Shown piece after piece: positions 29,875 to 39,306 of a DNA stretch of 64,000 nt. The notes below the pieces were generated by a model. It was not told the origin of the DNA. It searched no databases and saw only the letters and a list, made by a program, of their open reading frames with translations. This stretch comes from Limnothrix sp. BL-A-16 (lineage in GTDB: Bacteria > Cyanobacteriota > Cyanobacteriia > CACIAM-69d): the NCBI GenBank assembly GCA_041937175.2, contig CP166615.1, positions 96,001 through 160,000 of the forward strand, read 5' to 3'. Position numbers and translations under genes: made by a program. The first letter of the stretch is position 1; each line of letters starts with the position of its first letter.

Positions 29875-30161
29875 GGGGCCGTTGCCAAATCCTCGGAAAA
29901 CCTGATGCTACCGTTACCGAATCGCTAGGCAGCAAGGGTCTTAGGGCGTGTCGTCATTTCCTAGGATCAGGTGAAAACGATTGATTTTCCATGTCCCAGT
30001 TGTTGTAACAAGATGCTCAAGCCCCTTGTCCCTCACGATCTGCCAACGGTGGAATCAGGGTTTCAGGCGATTTGACGACACGCCCTAAGCCCCTTGTTAC
30101 GACGACGGGAACCGGGGAAAGCAACCGGCTCGGCTGGATCCCAGAAAATGATGGCGCTCCC
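29875..30161. mobile_element. Older degenerate arm-type-B element interrupted at its central TTAA by a younger copy
   Basis: ta[GGGGCCGTTGCCAAATC...caagggtctta / taagccccttg...ATGATGGCGCTCCC]ta; both halves align to the inner copy in reverse orientation. Confidence 0.7.
29944..30085. mobile_element. MITE-like element, arm type B, 142 bp, nested insertion
   Basis: Perfect 13-bp TIR GGGCGTGTCGTCA/TGACGACACGCCC with TA on both flanks; core CAAGATGCTCAAGCCCCTTG at 30009. Confidence 0.88.
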
Positions 30162-31156
30162 TAATCTTCCTCAATGCGGTAACCCAAATCGGCCAGGCGA
30201 GCGGGCGATCGCCGCCACTTGGGTTGCAGTTTCACATACAACTCCAGGTAAACCTTGCCATCAATTAACTTTTGAATTTGTTCGCGGGCTGCTGTGCCGA
30301 TCGCCTTCAGCATGGAACCGCCTTTGCCGATGAGAATTGCTTTTTGGCTGGCCCGTTCAATGTGAATTGTGGCCAAGACGCGGGTAATTTTCGGGGTTTC
30401 CTCCACCCGATCGATTTCCACCGCCACGGAATGGGGAATTTCATCCCGGGCATGGAGCAAAATTTGCTCGCGGATTAGCTCACCCATGATGAATCGTTCG
30501 GGGCGATCGGTCACCAGTTCCGGGGGGTAATAAAACGGGCCCGGCGGCAGTCGATCGATCAGCGCCTGCAATAACTCCTCCGTGCCCTCGCCCTGGAGTG
30601 CCGAAAACCGCACGATCGGCCAACCCCGATCGGTCGCCAAGGCCGCGTAGGACTCTTCCACCGTCGGATCCGTTTGCAGATCAATTTTGTTCAGCCCCAA
30701 AACCACCGGCACGGGCGCTTGGGCCAACCATTCGGCCACGAAGCGATCGCCCCCGCCTGCTTCCACTGACCCATCCACCACAAACAGCAGCAAATCCGCC
30801 GAATGGATGGCCATGCGTGCATTGGCCACCAACACTTTGCCCAATTCGTGGTGAGGTTTATGAATTCCGGGCGTGTCTACAAACACAATTTGCGCGTCAT
30901 CCCGGGTCAGGATGCCCCGCAGTCGGTTGCGAGTGGTTTGGGCGATCGGGGAGACAATGGCCACCTTTTGCCCCACCAAACCATTCATCAGCGTGGACTT
31001 GCCCACATTGGGCCGCCCCACAATTCCCACAAAGCCCGATCGAAAATCGTCGGGAGCCGTCGGAATTCCCAAATTCAGCGCCTCTAGCATTTCATCCAAC
31101 GAGTTGGCCACAGCGGCGCGATCGTCCGTTGGCTGGGAATGCTGTTCAATGCTCAT
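30161..31156 (-). CDS. era: GTPase Era
   Basis: GRPNVGKST, QTTR, DTPG, NKID, KH domain (ILIGKGG). Confidence 0.98.
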   Translation of the reverse strand: MSIEQHSQPTDDRAAVANSLDEMLEALNLGIPTAPDDFRSGFVGIVGRPNVGKSTLMNGLVGQKVAIVSPIAQTTRNRLRGILTRDDAQIVFVDTPGIHKPHHELGKVLVANARMAIHSADLLLFVVDGSVEAGGGDRFVAEWLAQAPVPVVLGLNKIDLQTDPTVEESYAALATDRGWPIVRFSALQGEGTEELLQALIDRLPPGPFYYPPELVTDRPERFIMGELIREQILLHARDEIPHSVAVEIDRVEETPKITRVLATIHIERASQKAILIGKGGSMLKAIGTAAREQIQKLIDGKVYLELYVKLQPKWRRSPARLADLGYRIEED

Positions 31157-31230
31157 AGGGTTGGGACTGACGATGTGGGAAATGGTGTTGGAGAAGATGG
31201 CAGGACAAGCCGTTCAAAAGTTTTCAGCCC

Positions 31231-31338
31231 ACGGTGAAATCCATGGTGAAACCGATTGCTGAGCCGATTGTGCAGCCAATCGCTAAACAACTTGTTAAAC
31301 AGCTTGTTAAACAAATTGTGAAACCAACTGTTAAAACG
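31231..31338. repeat. Nine degenerate 12-bp tandem units
   Basis: acggtgaaatcc atggtgaaaccg attgctgagccg attgtgcagcca atcgctaaacaa cttgttaaacag cttgttaaacaa attgtgaaacca actgttaaaacg. Confidence 0.75.
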
Positions 31339-31527
31339 GATCGGCGATCGGGTGGCAGGTAGCGGATTTGGGGCGATCGCTTCGGGATCGAAATGGGGCA
31401 ATATGGCCAAGGTAGCTTCGGCAACCGCTTGACCATGGCCAATCCATGGCCCCGTCAAGATTCTAACCCGCCCTTGCCGTTGGGTCTTCCCACCCTTGCG
31501 TTAGGACAACTATTCGTCAACCCCCGC

Positions 31528-32883
31528 ATGACCGAGCCATCTCTTTTGCCCTCTCCCATCAACCCCGCTGACGATCCGCTTGAGGATCCCCTTGCCAAGG
31601 TGCGGGCCCAGTTCGATCGCGCCCCCTATCCCCGCATTCCGCTCGATCGCTTACCGGCCGAAACCCATACCTACTGGCACGATTTCCGCACCGCCTACTA
31701 TCGTCGCAACCAAAAAATTGCCAACACCGAAGGGCGGTTGATGCTGGATGTGGGCTGTGGCAGTGGATATGGCGTGTTGAGCATGGCTTTGGCTAACCCC
31801 GGCGCGCGCATTGTGGGGGTGGACTTGTCGCCCGCTTCCGTGGACTTGGCCCAAAAGCGCTTGGAGCACCATGGCTTGGGCGATCGCGTGGAATTTCATG
31901 CATTGGCAATGGAAGAGTTGCCGCAATTAGGCATGGAATTTGACTACATTAACTGCGATGAATTGCTATATCTGCAACCGGATCCCGCCGATGGGTTGGC
32001 GGCTATGAAAGCTGTCTTGAAACCCGATGGGATTATTCGTTCTAATCTCCACAGTCTTTATCAGCGATTTGATTATTTCAAGGCCCAAAGCTTGGCTCAC
32101 CTGATTGGGTTAATGGATGACAATCCGGGTGAGCTGGAAATGGGAATTTTGACCGAATTGATGGAGTCTTTGAAAGATACAACACTCCTGAAAATGCGGG
32201 TTTGGGATTCTGAAAAAATGCAAAATGAGCAGCGGGTGATGATGAACCTGCTGTTCCAGCGCGATCGGGGATTCACCATCCCTCAGCTTTTTGACTATAT
32301 CGATCGCTCCGGTCTGGAATTCATCAGCATGACCGATTGGCAGTCCTGGGAAGTGACGGATCTGTTCAAAGACCCAGAAAACATGCCCATTTCGATCGCC
32401 TTTGGCTTGTCGGAAGCGCCGATTTCCGATCAACTCCACTTTTTTGATTTGATTCGATCGAACCATCGACTTTTAGATTTCTGGTGTGGTCATCCCGACG
32501 CGGCACAACCCTGGACAGCCCTCAGCGACTGGGAACCAGAAGATTGGCATCAGTCCCGAGCAGCGCTTCACCCGCAATTGGATACACCAGAATTTGCCGC
32601 AGATCTCAAAAATGTGGTCTTACAGGGCACTGATTTAAAGTTGGATCAGCACTTATCCCTGAAATGGGGCTGGGAATCGGTCAGCAGCGCGATCGCCCTT
32701 GGGTTGCTGCCCCTGTTGGAAGGGATGAAAACCTTTACGGAACTCGCAGATTCGCTGCAACAATTGCGCCCTGTGGATCCAGTAACTTTGGAGCCGATCG
32801 CACGCTCAGAAGTGGAAGCAGCCTTGCGTTATTTGCTCTCAGAGTTGGGTCAAGCGGGTTATCTGTTGGTTGAACTCGCTTGA
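31528..32883 (+). CDS. Class I SAM-dependent methyltransferase (paralog 1)
   Basis: QFDRAPYP, LDVGCGSG, GVDLS, FDYINCDELLYL, LKPDGIIRSNLHS. Confidence 0.9.
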   Translation: MTEPSLLPSPINPADDPLEDPLAKVRAQFDRAPYPRIPLDRLPAETHTYWHDFRTAYYRRNQKIANTEGRLMLDVGCGSGYGVLSMALANPGARIVGVDLSPASVDLAQKRLEHHGLGDRVEFHALAMEELPQLGMEFDYINCDELLYLQPDPADGLAAMKAVLKPDGIIRSNLHSLYQRFDYFKAQSLAHLIGLMDDNPGELEMGILTELMESLKDTTLLKMRVWDSEKMQNEQRVMMNLLFQRDRGFTIPQLFDYIDRSGLEFISMTDWQSWEVTDLFKDPENMPISIAFGLSEAPISDQLHFFDLIRSNHRLLDFWCGHPDAAQPWTALSDWEPEDWHQSRAALHPQLDTPEFAADLKNVVLQGTDLKLDQHLSLKWGWESVSSAIALGLLPLLEGMKTFTELADSLQQLRPVDPVTLEPIARSEVEAALRYLLSELGQAGYLLVELA

Positions 32884-32899
32884 GTTGAACTGAGCTAAA

Positions 32900-32951
32900 A
32901 ACTTGAGTTAGCAACTTGAGTTAGTAACTTGAGTTAGTAACTTGAATTGCT
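32900..32951. repeat. 13-bp tandem repeat AACTTGAGTTAG(C/T) x4
   Basis: Three near-perfect units plus one degenerate unit between the two methyltransferases. Confidence 0.85.
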
Positions 32952-33095
32952 GAATTGAGTTGGTGAAGTGAATTTACCTGGCAGACATTCAGCAAAAATT
33001 CCCCAGAACTCAGATTGAGTGCAGCCGAATTAAGTCGAATCAAACTAAATCGACTTGATTGATTTTGAAGCCCTGATTGGAAGCCCTAATTTGCC

Positions 33096-34442
33096 ATGAA
33101 TTTTGAATCTTCCGCTGAACGAGAAGCTTGGATTCAGCGACAGTTTGATCAAACGCCCTACCCTCGCGAACCGATCGAAACGGCTCCCGATAGTCAGCCC
33201 GATGAATTTCACGCCCATTCATTGGCCACCGCATTCTATGCCCGCGATCACCGATGCGTGAACTCCGACGGAATGCAGATTCTGGATGTGGGCTGCGGCA
33301 GCGGCTTCAAGGGTTTGATGTTGGCTCATCTGAACCCGGGAACAACCATCACCGGCATTGATCTTTCTCCGGCTTCGATCGATGTGGCGATCGAGCGGTT
33401 TCGGCGGTTTGATTTGCTCGATCGGGCCAAATTTTTAACCCTCAATATTGATCAGCTTCCTAGCCTTGATCAGCAATTTGACTACATCAATTGTGATGAG
33501 GTGTTGTACCTGCTGGAAGACCCCCTCGCCAGCCTGCAGTTAATGGCCAGCGTGCTGAAACCGACGGGTATTTTGCGAGTGAATCTGCATAGCTTCAACA
33601 CTCGAATTCCCGTGCTTTGTGCCCAGGAATTTTTGCGCGATGTGGGAGCGATTACCCCCGATCGGGATGAAAAAACCACCATGGCCCTGGTGGAATCCAT
33701 TGTTTTGTCCCTGAATCCGCGCAATGTGGATGTGCGGAAAATGTGGGATCGCAATGACACCGATAATCCTGATGTTCGCGAGCGAATCTTGGCCTTTAAT
33801 TTCATGCTCCACGGCGATCGGGGATTTTCGGTGCCGGAGGTGTTTGACCTAATTGAGGGTGCGAATTTGCAGCTTATTGCCCCGGTGGAACCCCAGGATT
33901 GGGCGGTGAAAACCATGCTGGATCTGGAGCAATTTCCCGAGGAACTGCGATCGCGGCTTGAGCAAATCAGTTGGCGTGAACAAATGTATTGGCACGATCT
34001 GTTGGTCAGCCGCAACCGGTTGATCGATGTATTCTGTACGCCAAAACCCATGGCAGAACCGCCGAAGTCGCCCACGGTTGAACAGTTGGCCCAGCAGCCC
34101 GATCGCACCCAAGCGGTGCTGCACCCCCTGCTGAATAATCCAGACTTTGAAGCGGCCCTCGTGGAATCCTGCCGCTACCTCAAGCCCCTGAACTTCGCGA
34201 AATTTTTGCGGCGGCCGGAAGGCATCGCGGCGGCCAGTGCCAGCCTAGTGCCCGTCTTGGTTCCGCTGTTGACGGGCCCCCAACCGATTACCCAATTGAT
34301 CGATCGGTTCATGCGAGTGCGCCCCCTGAACCCAGTCGATCGCTCACCGGCCGATCGCGCCAGTGCCACCCAAGCGGTCTGCACCTTCTTACGAGACCTC
34401 GAAACCTTCGGCTACATCTTCCTAGAGGCCATTGAGGCCTAG
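33096..34442 (+). CDS. Class I SAM-dependent methyltransferase (paralog 2)
   Basis: QFDQTPYP, LDVGCGSG, GIDLS, FDYINCDEVLYL, LKPTGILRVNLHS; colinear with paralog 1. Confidence 0.9.
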   Translation: MNFESSAEREAWIQRQFDQTPYPREPIETAPDSQPDEFHAHSLATAFYARDHRCVNSDGMQILDVGCGSGFKGLMLAHLNPGTTITGIDLSPASIDVAIERFRRFDLLDRAKFLTLNIDQLPSLDQQFDYINCDEVLYLLEDPLASLQLMASVLKPTGILRVNLHSFNTRIPVLCAQEFLRDVGAITPDRDEKTTMALVESIVLSLNPRNVDVRKMWDRNDTDNPDVRERILAFNFMLHGDRGFSVPEVFDLIEGANLQLIAPVEPQDWAVKTMLDLEQFPEELRSRLEQISWREQMYWHDLLVSRNRLIDVFCTPKPMAEPPKSPTVEQLAQQPDRTQAVLHPLLNNPDFEAALVESCRYLKPLNFAKFLRRPEGIAAASASLVPVLVPLLTGPQPITQLIDRFMRVRPLNPVDRSPADRASATQAVCTFLRDLETFGYIFLEAIEA

Positions 34443-34609
34443 AGCCTGTCGTCAAATCGCCTGAAACCCTGATCCCACCGTCAACGGAGCGTGGAAGACA
34501 AGGGGCTTCAGCCCCTTGCCACTGAACGATTTGGCAACGGTAGCAATCATTTGAACGGTAGCAATCATTTGAGCTGACCTACCGAAATAAGCTTGCCGCA
34601 GTACTGGAG
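34442..34609. mobile_element. Chimeric element: type-B left arm + core + type-C right arm
   Basis: GAGCCTGTCGTCAAATCGCCTGAAACCCTGAT (B), core at 34499, right arm aligns to 28841-28911 (C); internal 18-bp duplication aacggtagcaatcatttg. Confidence 0.65.
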
Positions 34610-34844
34610 TTGACCTAGAGTTCAGCATCTCCCAAAAGGCATTCCTTGGGCATCCCGAAAAATGGTGCTGATCAGGTGCTACGCCCGCCCGTCAAGATTG
34701 CGAGAATCCTGATCCTGATCCAAAAGCCACCCCAAAAATCCTGGGGGTTGACTCTCGAACATGCTTGCTTGGTCAGGGTTTTCAGGCTTTTTCCCTTGAC
34801 CCCAAAAAAATTCTGCTGCGGTTGATATGAATCCCCAGTAACCT

Positions 34845-34851
34845 GGGTAAG
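34845..34851 (+). promoter_or_regulatory. Possible SigF-type promoter element GGGTAAG of pilA
   Basis: GGGTAAG ~75 nt upstream of the pilA ATG, as recalled for cyanobacterial pilA1 promoters. Confidence 0.45.
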
Positions 34852-34924
34852 TTGCAAGCATGAGGGGAACAAAATCCCCACCTTCCCAACCTTCCTCCCC
34901 CGACTCTCGAGGAGACTATCCCAG

Positions 34925-35413
34925 ATGAAAGCTGAATTCAAAGCCAAGCTGATCCAACACCTCGCCCAGCGCCGCAACAGCGAAGAAGGCTTCACCCTGA
35001 TTGAACTGCTGGTTGTAATCATCATCATCGGTATTCTGGCAGCAATTGCTCTGCCTTCCTTCCTCAACCAAGCCGCTAAGGCTCGTCAGTCGGAAGGTAG
35101 CACCTATGTTGGTTCGCTCAACCGTGCTCAACAGGCTTACTACGTGGAGCAAGGCAAGTTCGCGGCTGACCTGAAGACCCTGAACGCTGGTATCAAGGAA
35201 AAAACCGATAACTTCGAGTACAAGACCGTTGGTACTGACACGGAAGCAACCAGCACCGCTGATAAGCTGCAAGCTTCTCTGAAGAGCTTCAAGGGCGTGG
35301 TGAAGTTGGAAGACCAACAAGCCAAGGCTATCTTGTGCATCACGGCTAAGGAAAATGAAGCTGCTAGCGCCGCTACCAAGTTGGCTAGCGACTCTACCAA
35401 GGATTGCAACTAA
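34925..35413 (+). CDS. pilA: Type IV major pilin
   Basis: Prepilin site G|FTLIELLVVIIIIGILAAIALPSF, NRAQQAYY, C-terminal Cys pair; GAGGAG RBS; highly expressed codon style. Confidence 0.93.
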   Translation: MKAEFKAKLIQHLAQRRNSEEGFTLIELLVVIIIIGILAAIALPSFLNQAAKARQSEGSTYVGSLNRAQQAYYVEQGKFAADLKTLNAGIKEKTDNFEYKTVGTDTEATSTADKLQASLKSFKGVVKLEDQQAKAILCITAKENEAASAATKLASDSTKDCN

Positions 35414-35453
35414 TCAAGGCTAGCGCAGTCCATTGCGAAGATGGATAGCCTTG

Positions 35454-35491
35454 GGTGGAGCCAGTGTTGTCGCTGGCTCCACCTTGTTTTT
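35454..35491 (+). terminator. pilA terminator
   Basis: GGTGGAGCCAG-loop-CTGGCTCCACC-TTGTTTTT. Confidence 0.8.
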
Positions 35492-35528
35492 GGGGGTTAA
35501 TCAACAGAATTTTCCGTAACCTGGTCGC

Positions 35529-37019
35529 TTAGCGATCGGCTGGGATGAGGACAAGACATTGTTGAACGCTGGGGTCAGCACAGCCGGTGCAGTCGCCGCC
35601 GAGGGCCAGGGTTTGCTGAATTTGGCTGATCGCCTCGGAAGTGATGATTTCCCCAGGCACAATCACAGGAATTCCCGGTGGATAGGGACAGATCCACTCA
35701 GCGGCAATGCGCCCGATCGCCCGGTTAAGGTCGATCGGCTCGGTGGGAAGCTGGCTGGCCTGGCGCGGAGTCAGCGGGGCCGGACTGGGGGGCGCAAGCA
35801 ATCCGGCGACCGCATCCAGCCCCCGATCGAGAGCCATTTGGGGCGATCGCGCCAGGGCCGCCAAAGCCGCCACCAATCGATCGGCTTCCTGGTCGGTGTT
35901 GGCCGGTGTCCAAACAAAGGTTAAGTGTTGGGGGCTGCTGAGTTCGGCGGTGATGCCCCAATCTTGGTCTAACGCTTCATCGGCCTGGTAACCATTCCAG
36001 CCAGCCAAGTGAACGGTCAAGCGCGATCGATCCAGATTGGGCCCCGAAAGCACCCGAATCGCTCGATCGCCCGCCAACTGCGATCGCACCCGATCAACCC
36101 GCACCAGCGTTTCGCCCCAATCAACTTGACCCCGCAGCGCCGCCCGTCGCCGGGCCGCATCCAAGCTGGCCATCAGCAAGTAGCTGGGGCTGCTGGAGGT
36201 GACCCATCGCAGCACTTGATTCAACTGATCGCGATCGATCAAAGCCTGGGGGTGTAGATGAAGCAGCGCCGATTGGGTTAAGGAACCAAGGGTTTTGTGA
36301 GCCGAAGCCACCACCAGATCCGCGCCGGCCGCCAAGGGAGCGATCGGGAGTTCCGGATGCAACCCAAAGTGGGCCCCGTGGGCCGCATCAATCATTAAGG
36401 GAATGCCGTGCGATCGCGTTAGTTGGGCGATCGCGGGCAAATCCGAAACCCAACCGTGATAGGTCGGTGACACCAGCAGCACCGCCTTCGCTTGGGGATA
36501 GGTCGCCAGGGCTTGGGCGATCGCCTCGGGAGTCACCACCGTGGGCATTTGCCATTCCCGATCGACCGCTGGCCAAACCCAGCAGGGCCGTGCCCCCGCA
36601 AGAATCAAACCGGCCAAAACCGATTGATGGGCATTGCGAGCCACAATCAGCGAGTCGCCATCCTGGCAAACGGCCCCGATCGCCGCCACCAGTCCGCTCG
36701 TGGCCCCATTCACCAAAAATCGAGTGAGGCCCGCCCCAAAGCAATCGGCCGCCAACGCTTCGGCCGCCGCGATCGCGCCCTGGGGAGCCGCCCAATTATC
36801 CAATCCCTCCAGTTCTGTCAAATCCCAGGCCCAGCAATCGCCCCAAGCATCCGCCAACAGCGGGTCGATCGCCTGGCCCTTATGACCCGGCACATGAAAC
36901 CGCCCCGATCGGCGGCCCGCGCGATCGGCCAGCGCCTCGATCAGAGGTGCGGCTTGCTGACACTCAGCGTAATGACCCGTGATTACATTCGAGATCGCAA
37001 ACTGTCCCCCCAATTCCAT
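35529..37019 (-). CDS. Orn/Lys/Arg decarboxylase family PLP enzyme
   Basis: FHVPGHK, FLVNGATSG, RNAHQS, SPTYHG, DAAHG, SAHK (PLP Lys), PYPPGIP; start uncertain. Confidence 0.9.
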   Translation of the reverse strand: MELGGQFAISNVITGHYAECQQAAPLIEALADRAGRRSGRFHVPGHKGQAIDPLLADAWGDCWAWDLTELEGLDNWAAPQGAIAAAEALAADCFGAGLTRFLVNGATSGLVAAIGAVCQDGDSLIVARNAHQSVLAGLILAGARPCWVWPAVDREWQMPTVVTPEAIAQALATYPQAKAVLLVSPTYHGWVSDLPAIAQLTRSHGIPLMIDAAHGAHFGLHPELPIAPLAAGADLVVASAHKTLGSLTQSALLHLHPQALIDRDQLNQVLRWVTSSSPSYLLMASLDAARRRAALRGQVDWGETLVRVDRVRSQLAGDRAIRVLSGPNLDRSRLTVHLAGWNGYQADEALDQDWGITAELSSPQHLTFVWTPANTDQEADRLVAALAALARSPQMALDRGLDAVAGLLAPPSPAPLTPRQASQLPTEPIDLNRAIGRIAAEWICPYPPGIPVIVPGEIITSEAISQIQQTLALGGDCTGCADPSVQQCLVLIPADR

Positions 37020-37087
37020 TCATCCTCATCCTGTATTTCACAATCAATTCATTCAAGCCATTCCTTCAACCCCAAACACCCTCTACC

Positions 37088-37339
37088 ATGCGCCACACCA
37101 CCGCCTGGATCGTCCAAGTTTGGCTATCGTTTCTGTTTTCAACCGGTGGTACAGCCCTCTGCATCTATTACCTTCCGGTCGATGCCTGGATGAAATTTGC
37201 CATGTCCATGGGCTTGGGCTTCACCATCAGCTCAACCCTAACGCTGGCCAAAACCACCCGCGACCAATACGAAGTTAAACAATTGGTGGCTAAGGTCGAA
37301 GAAGCCAAGGTTGAAAAACTGCTGGCCCAACATCACTAA
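37088..37339 (+). CDS. YiaA/YiaB two-helix membrane protein
   Basis: AWIVQVWLSF, LPVDAWMK, TLAKTTRD, EEAKVEKLL. Confidence 0.82.
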   Translation: MRHTTAWIVQVWLSFLFSTGGTALCIYYLPVDAWMKFAMSMGLGFTISSTLTLAKTTRDQYEVKQLVAKVEEAKVEKLLAQHH

Positions 37340-37406
37340 CAAAAGGGGACTGAGAAATCTCTTGAGGTGCTCGCAAATCACCAATCACCCTGGGGTAAGG
37401 GGCTGA

Positions 37407-37575
37407 GGGCTAGTTGTCAAGCCGCCTAAACCCCTGATTCCACCGTGACAAGATCGTGGGGGACAAGGGGCCGAAACCCTTGAGCTAGAGCAGTTAGGAC
37501 ATCGTGGGGGCAAGGGGCTTAAGCCCCTTGTCTAGGGCAGTTAGGACACGAAAACCTGACTCGCCGCCCCTGCGC
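37407..37575. mobile_element. Arm-type-B element with tandem duplication of the core region (37453-37500 / 37501-37547)
   Basis: GGGCTAGTTGTCAAGCCGCC..CCCTGATTCCACCG left arm; cores at 37464 (degenerate) and 37511 (perfect); right end ill-defined. Confidence 0.65.
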
Positions 37576-37761
37576 CCAACTAGCGCCGCGATCGCCCAAC
37601 CGCGCGGGGACTGCCAAAGTCCGGTACTATGTTGAACTGGATTTCCCAAAAAATTAGCCGCGCAACCGGTGGGATGGCGCAATCGATCGCCGCCACCCTT
37701 GCCCAGCCAATCCGAACCCTCTGAATTGACCGACTCAGCCCGCAACCCCAGCACCAGCGAA

Positions 37762-38796
37762 ATGGTACAAGAACGCGTACTTCCCGCAACCCCGACCACC
37801 CGCGCCACCGTCACCCGCGAAGAAGGGCTTATGCTCTACGAAGACATGGTGCTGGGTCGCCTTTTTGAAGACAAGTGCGCCGAGATGTACTATCGCGGCA
37901 AAATGTTTGGCTTCGTTCACCTCTACAACGGCCAAGAAGCCGTTTCGACGGGGGTGATTCGGGCTTTGCGCCGCGATGCCAATGATTATGTGGCTAGTAC
38001 CTATCGTGATCACGTTCATGCCCTGAGTGCTGGTGTGCCCGCCCGGGAAGTGATGTCAGAGCTGTTTGGTAAGGTGACGGGTTGCAGCAAGGGCCGTGGC
38101 GGTTCCATGCACTTGTTCTCGGAGCCGCATCGACTGCTGGGGGGCTATGCCTTTGTGTCGGAAGGAATTCCGGTGGCGACGGGGGTGGCCTTCCAAAGCA
38201 AGTATCGACGCGAAGCCATGAATGACCCCAGCTCCGACGGGGTGACCGTTTGCTTCTTTGGGGATGGAGCCGCGAACAATGGCCAGTTCTTTGAATGCTT
38301 GAACATGGCGGCCCTTTGGAAGCTGCCGGTGATCTATGTCATTGAGAACAATAAGTGGGCGATCGGGATGGCCCACGAGCGTGCCACCTCCGTGCCCGAA
38401 ATCTACAAAAAAGGCCCCGCGTTCGGGATGCCCGGCGTAGAAGTGGACGGGATGGATGTGTTGGCGGTGCGTGGCGTGGCCCAAGAGGCGATCGCCCGGG
38501 CCCGCGCTGGCGAAGGCCCCACGGTCATTGAAGCCCTGACCTATCGTTTCCGGGGTCACTCCTTGGCCGATCCGGATGAACTGCGGGCAAAGGAAGAAAA
38601 GGAAGTTTGGAGTAAGCGCGATCCGATCACTCGCCTGGCCGATCACCTGCTGGGTGAAGGATTGGTGAAGGCGGAAGAACTGAAGGAGATCGATCGCCGA
38701 ATCCAAGAGCATGTGAACGACGCGGTGAAATTTGCCCTCGACAGCCCTGAACCGGATCCCAAGGATCTGTACAAGTACATTTTTGCGGAAGATTAG
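37762..38796 (+). CDS. pdhA: Pyruvate dehydrogenase E1 alpha subunit
   Basis: [43 protein letters not shown]. Confidence 0.98.
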   Translation: MVQERVLPATPTTRATVTREEGLMLYEDMVLGRLFEDKCAEMYYRGKMFGFVHLYNGQEAVSTGVIRALRRDANDYVASTYRDHVHALSAGVPAREVMSELFGKVTGCSKGRGGSMHLFSEPHRLLGGYAFVSEGIPVATGVAFQSKYRREAMNDPSSDGVTVCFFGDGAANNGQFFECLNMAALWKLPVIYVIENNKWAIGMAHERATSVPEIYKKGPAFGMPGVEVDGMDVLAVRGVAQEAIARARAGEGPTVIEALTYRFRGHSLADPDELRAKEEKEVWSKRDPITRLADHLLGEGLVKAEELKEIDRRIQEHVNDAVKFALDSPEPDPKDLYKYIFAED

Positions 38797-38942
38797 GGCC
38801 TGTCGTCATTTCCTGGGGGCAAGCGAAAACGGTTGATCTGTCATACCCTAACCACCCTAGACAAGGGGCTTAAGCCCCTTGCCCCCCACGATCCGCCAAC
38901 AGTGAGTGGAATCAGGGTTTCCAGCGATTTGACAACAAGCCC
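38796..38942. mobile_element. MITE-like element, arm type B, 147 bp, inserted in the pdhA stop codon
   Basis: ta[GGGCCTGTCGTCA...TGACAACAAGCCC]ta; perfect core at 38862; homologous to 29944-30085. Confidence 0.85.
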
Positions 38943-39306
38943 TAGGTCAGCCAACGCCCGAAAAAACCGTAGGGTCAAGCTAATCGAAAGCTAAGGCGAT
39001 CGTCCGTCAGAAACCGCCAAACTCCGCATAAACTGGGGCGAAGGGTCATCCTTCCTGCCCCAGTTTTTGATCGGACAAATCGGACAAACAGATCGCACAG
39101 ACTTTCCGATCGAGCGATTGGCGCGAATGATTGAGCGAACCCATCGATCAGATACTGGCAACAGCAATGGTTGAAGCAGGTCGAAATGATCAAAACGGAA
39201 ATGATCAAAACAAAGGACTGCCGTATCGGGTCATTGTTGATCGGGTCATTGTTTTGACGGATTGGCTGTGGGGTGACCTGTTGATCCAGCCATCGCGGTT
39301 TTGCCC

